Shown here: one piece after another, positions 30,813 to 33,129 of the stretch
Position numbering within the stretch: the stretch's first letter is position 1
How the letters are laid out: each line of letters opens with the position of its first letter
From: a virus
Taxonomy: Duplodnaviria; Heunggongvirae; Uroviricota; Caudoviricetes
Reading direction: 5' to 3' (one strand)
IMG/VR virus record: IMGVR_UViG_2579778745_000007
Span: 1 to 33,129 of that record
Length of the DNA stretch: 33,129 nt
The notes under the pieces: model-generated
Told to the model about the DNA's origin: nothing
The model's input: only the letters and a program-made list of their open reading frames with translations
Database searches by the model: none
Made by a program: the position numbers and the translations under genes

Positions 30813-32821
30813 ATACCCAAAACGTCATGAGCTACACCTCGAGTGTCCCCCTTACAAGACACAGAACGTCTGGCAAAAAGATGTTCCACTCTGAAGCCAC
30901 TGTCATGATAAAGCTCTCTGATGTTTGGCGCGCCACTGTTAGTAATGAGAACCTTTGCACCTCGACGATGAGCATCCGTCAACAGAGACACCAGGCGTTT
31001 TTGCTCTTCAAACTTAAAGTCATGACCGGAATAGTTCGTGAATCCCTCTGTATTTGGAAGCGGTTCATACGGCGGATCGCAAAAGATGACATCTCCTTCT
31101 CCGGCAGCTTCAATCACCGCTGCAAAATCACCGCATACAAACTCAGACCGCCCTTCCGCACCGAGGAAGGCTTCCATCTCCTGTAATGGGAAATACGGAG
31201 TTTTATACTTCCCATAACCGACATTGAACTCACCGGCCTGGTTGTAACGCGTCAATCCGTTAAAACAATGTCGGTTCAGGAACAAAAACGCCGCTGCGCG
31301 ATGTAAATCATCATAGACTTGTTTGTTAAACGCATTCCGTACTGCCAGGTATCCTTCCTGTGTGTTGTAGTCCTGGAAGAAACGATGTGCCAGAGTGATA
31401 AGTGAATCCGCCTCGCGTTGCAGAGTCTTGTAAAAGTTAATCAGGTCAGCATTCACATCATTTAGCAGATTTTCCTGGTATCCGGCATTCATGAAGACAG
31501 CACCGCCACCAACGAAAGGTTCAATCAGGCGCTTCCCTTCTGGCAAATAGCGAAAGATTTGTTCCAGAACACCAAATTTTCCACCAGCCCATTTGAATAT
31601 GGACCGTTCGAATTCTGCCGCTGGTTTAACTTTTCGCTCTTTTGTTTCACTCCCTTCATTCTGCCGACATGCAGCCTTGGTAATCCGATCGCCAATCCAG
31701 CGCATTACTGGTATCGCCATACTATTGCCGATCGCTTTGTAACGCGGTCCGTCAGCTGCAAGCATCGCGGCCTCTTCTTCGTTTAAATCAGGATAGTTAT
31801 TGCGAAGGTATGCCAGTTCATCTGAAGAAACTTTTTTACGCTTTCCCGTAGGGATCAACGTATGCCAATCAGGAAAACCTTGCAGCCTTTCACATTCGAC
31901 AGGGGTAAGACGGCGCATTCTACCGTCGCCGAGCAATACAATTGGTGCTTCATGGTTACATGTCAAAGTTGGTGCCGAATTATCGGTTTTTATCTCAGCC
32001 CCTCCTTGCCCATGTGCCATGGCAATTATGTTTGTATCATCGCAAGTTCTGATAGCGATGTTTGAAGTATATCTGGTAGTTTCCTTCCCCTCGCCTCTGC
32101 TCGGCGCAATATTCCGGCGCACGCCTTCGAACTCAAAAAGTACCGTTGCGGGATCGAGGTCTGTTCGAGCACTTGCGACAACAAACACGCGTCGGCGTCG
32201 TTGTGCCACTCCGAAGTATTGGGCATCAACGATTCTCCAGGCCACTTTTCGCTGCGGTCCATAAATACAACCACACTGCGGCCACTTTGGAGCATGGCAA
32301 CCGGTTTTGCCATCCCACCGCCAGAACGCGTTACTTTTTCCTGATTCAGGTCGATCACCTGGTTCAAATGGCGCATCTTCTCCAGCCAATCCGGCAAGGA
32401 AACATCCGAAGGCGTTATCTGCCGATGACAGGACTCCTGGGACATTTTCCCAGACGATAACTGTCGGTTTGAGGAAGGACTCAGACCGTTTGTCGTCAAT
32501 TGCATTTGCAAGCTCCACATACTTCAAAGTTAGCGCGCCGCGTTCATCATCAAGCCCACCACGTAAGCCCGCGATACTGAATGCCTGACAAGGCGTACCC
32601 CCGACGAGCACATCAGGGGATTCGATTTCCCCAGCCAGGACTTTTTTGGCAAGTTTTGTCATGTCGCCAAGGTTGGCGACATGGGGCCAGCGGTGCGCAA
32701 GAACGGCAGATGGAAAAGGCTCGATTTCAGCAAACCACGCCGGACGCATACCCAACGGTTCCCAGGCAATACTCGCGGCTTCAATTCCACTGCAAACAGA
32801 TCCATAGCACAGCTCTTTCAC
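30803..32821 (-). CDS. dmt: Bifunctional DNA methyltransferase: N-terminal C5-cytosine MTase domain, C-terminal Dam-like N6-adenine MTase domain (672 aa)
   Basis: C5 motifs PCQ (GGTPCQAFS), ENV (VIVWENVPG), QRRRR, GNS; C-terminal [10 protein letters not shown] and DPPY. Confidence 0.8.
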
Positions 32822-33036
32822 TGCTTAGCCTCTCCACCAAGGGCATTTACCAGAGCATCAACCAGGCACGAAATTTCACTGGTCAACAGGAAGAAATCTG
32901 CGTCCAGTCGCTGCGCAACATCTTCACTATCAATATCAGAGTTCTGCTCAAGCAATTCATCCGCAAATTTGACGCTGGTAAGGCTGAAGTTATGGTCCAG
33001 TGTAAATTTAATGCGGTTCTGCCAGTCGAGTGCCAA
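32818..33036 (-). CDS. Small acidic hypothetical protein (72 aa) upstream of dmt
   Basis: Stop overlaps dmt start; may extend past the window edge. Confidence 0.3.
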   Translation of the reverse strand: MALDWQNRIKFTLDHNFSLTSVKFADELLEQNSDIDSEDVAQRLDADFFLLTSEISCLVDALVNALGGEAKQ

Positions 33037-33129
33037 CTTAGTAACGAGCTTGCCAGCTTCCAGGTGTGAACCGCCCCGGGAATCCTGGAGACTAAACTCC
33101 CTGAGAAAGAGGTAAACAGGATGACTAAA

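Overview
The window reads as a segment of a P1-like phage-plasmid, not a chromosomal locus. Reading the minus strand from high to low coordinates: a bifunctional C5-cytosine/N6-adenine DNA methyltransferase (dmt-like), tRNA-Asn and tRNA-Thr, a TerB-like tciA-type gene with two tiny membrane ORFs, tRNA-Ile(CAU), a DnaB-family helicase (ban-like), a block of morphogenesis-like and enzyme genes, the Phd/Doc addiction pair, a late-activator-sized gene, the pacA/pacB terminase genes with a seven-hexamer TGATCR pac site, and a convergent coi-c1 immunity pair. At least ten copies of a 17-bp asymmetric motif matching the P1 C1 operator (ATTGCTCTAATAAATTT) sit in front of several operons. A complete Type IC restriction-modification cassette (hsdM-hsdS-hsdR, plus strand) is embedded next to phd/doc; its hsdS carries two copies of the 12-bp TAEL repeat that sets spacer length in the EcoR124 family. 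The most interesting uncharacterised material is (i) two operator-flanked operons of unknown function next to the R-M cassette, (ii) an icd/ant-like cassette with a structured leader between pacB and c1, and (iii) two hairpins with covarying stems around a conserved 25-nt core beside the tRNA genes. All calls rest on motif reading and recalled family knowledge; no database search was run, and my memory of the P1 gene order is imperfect.
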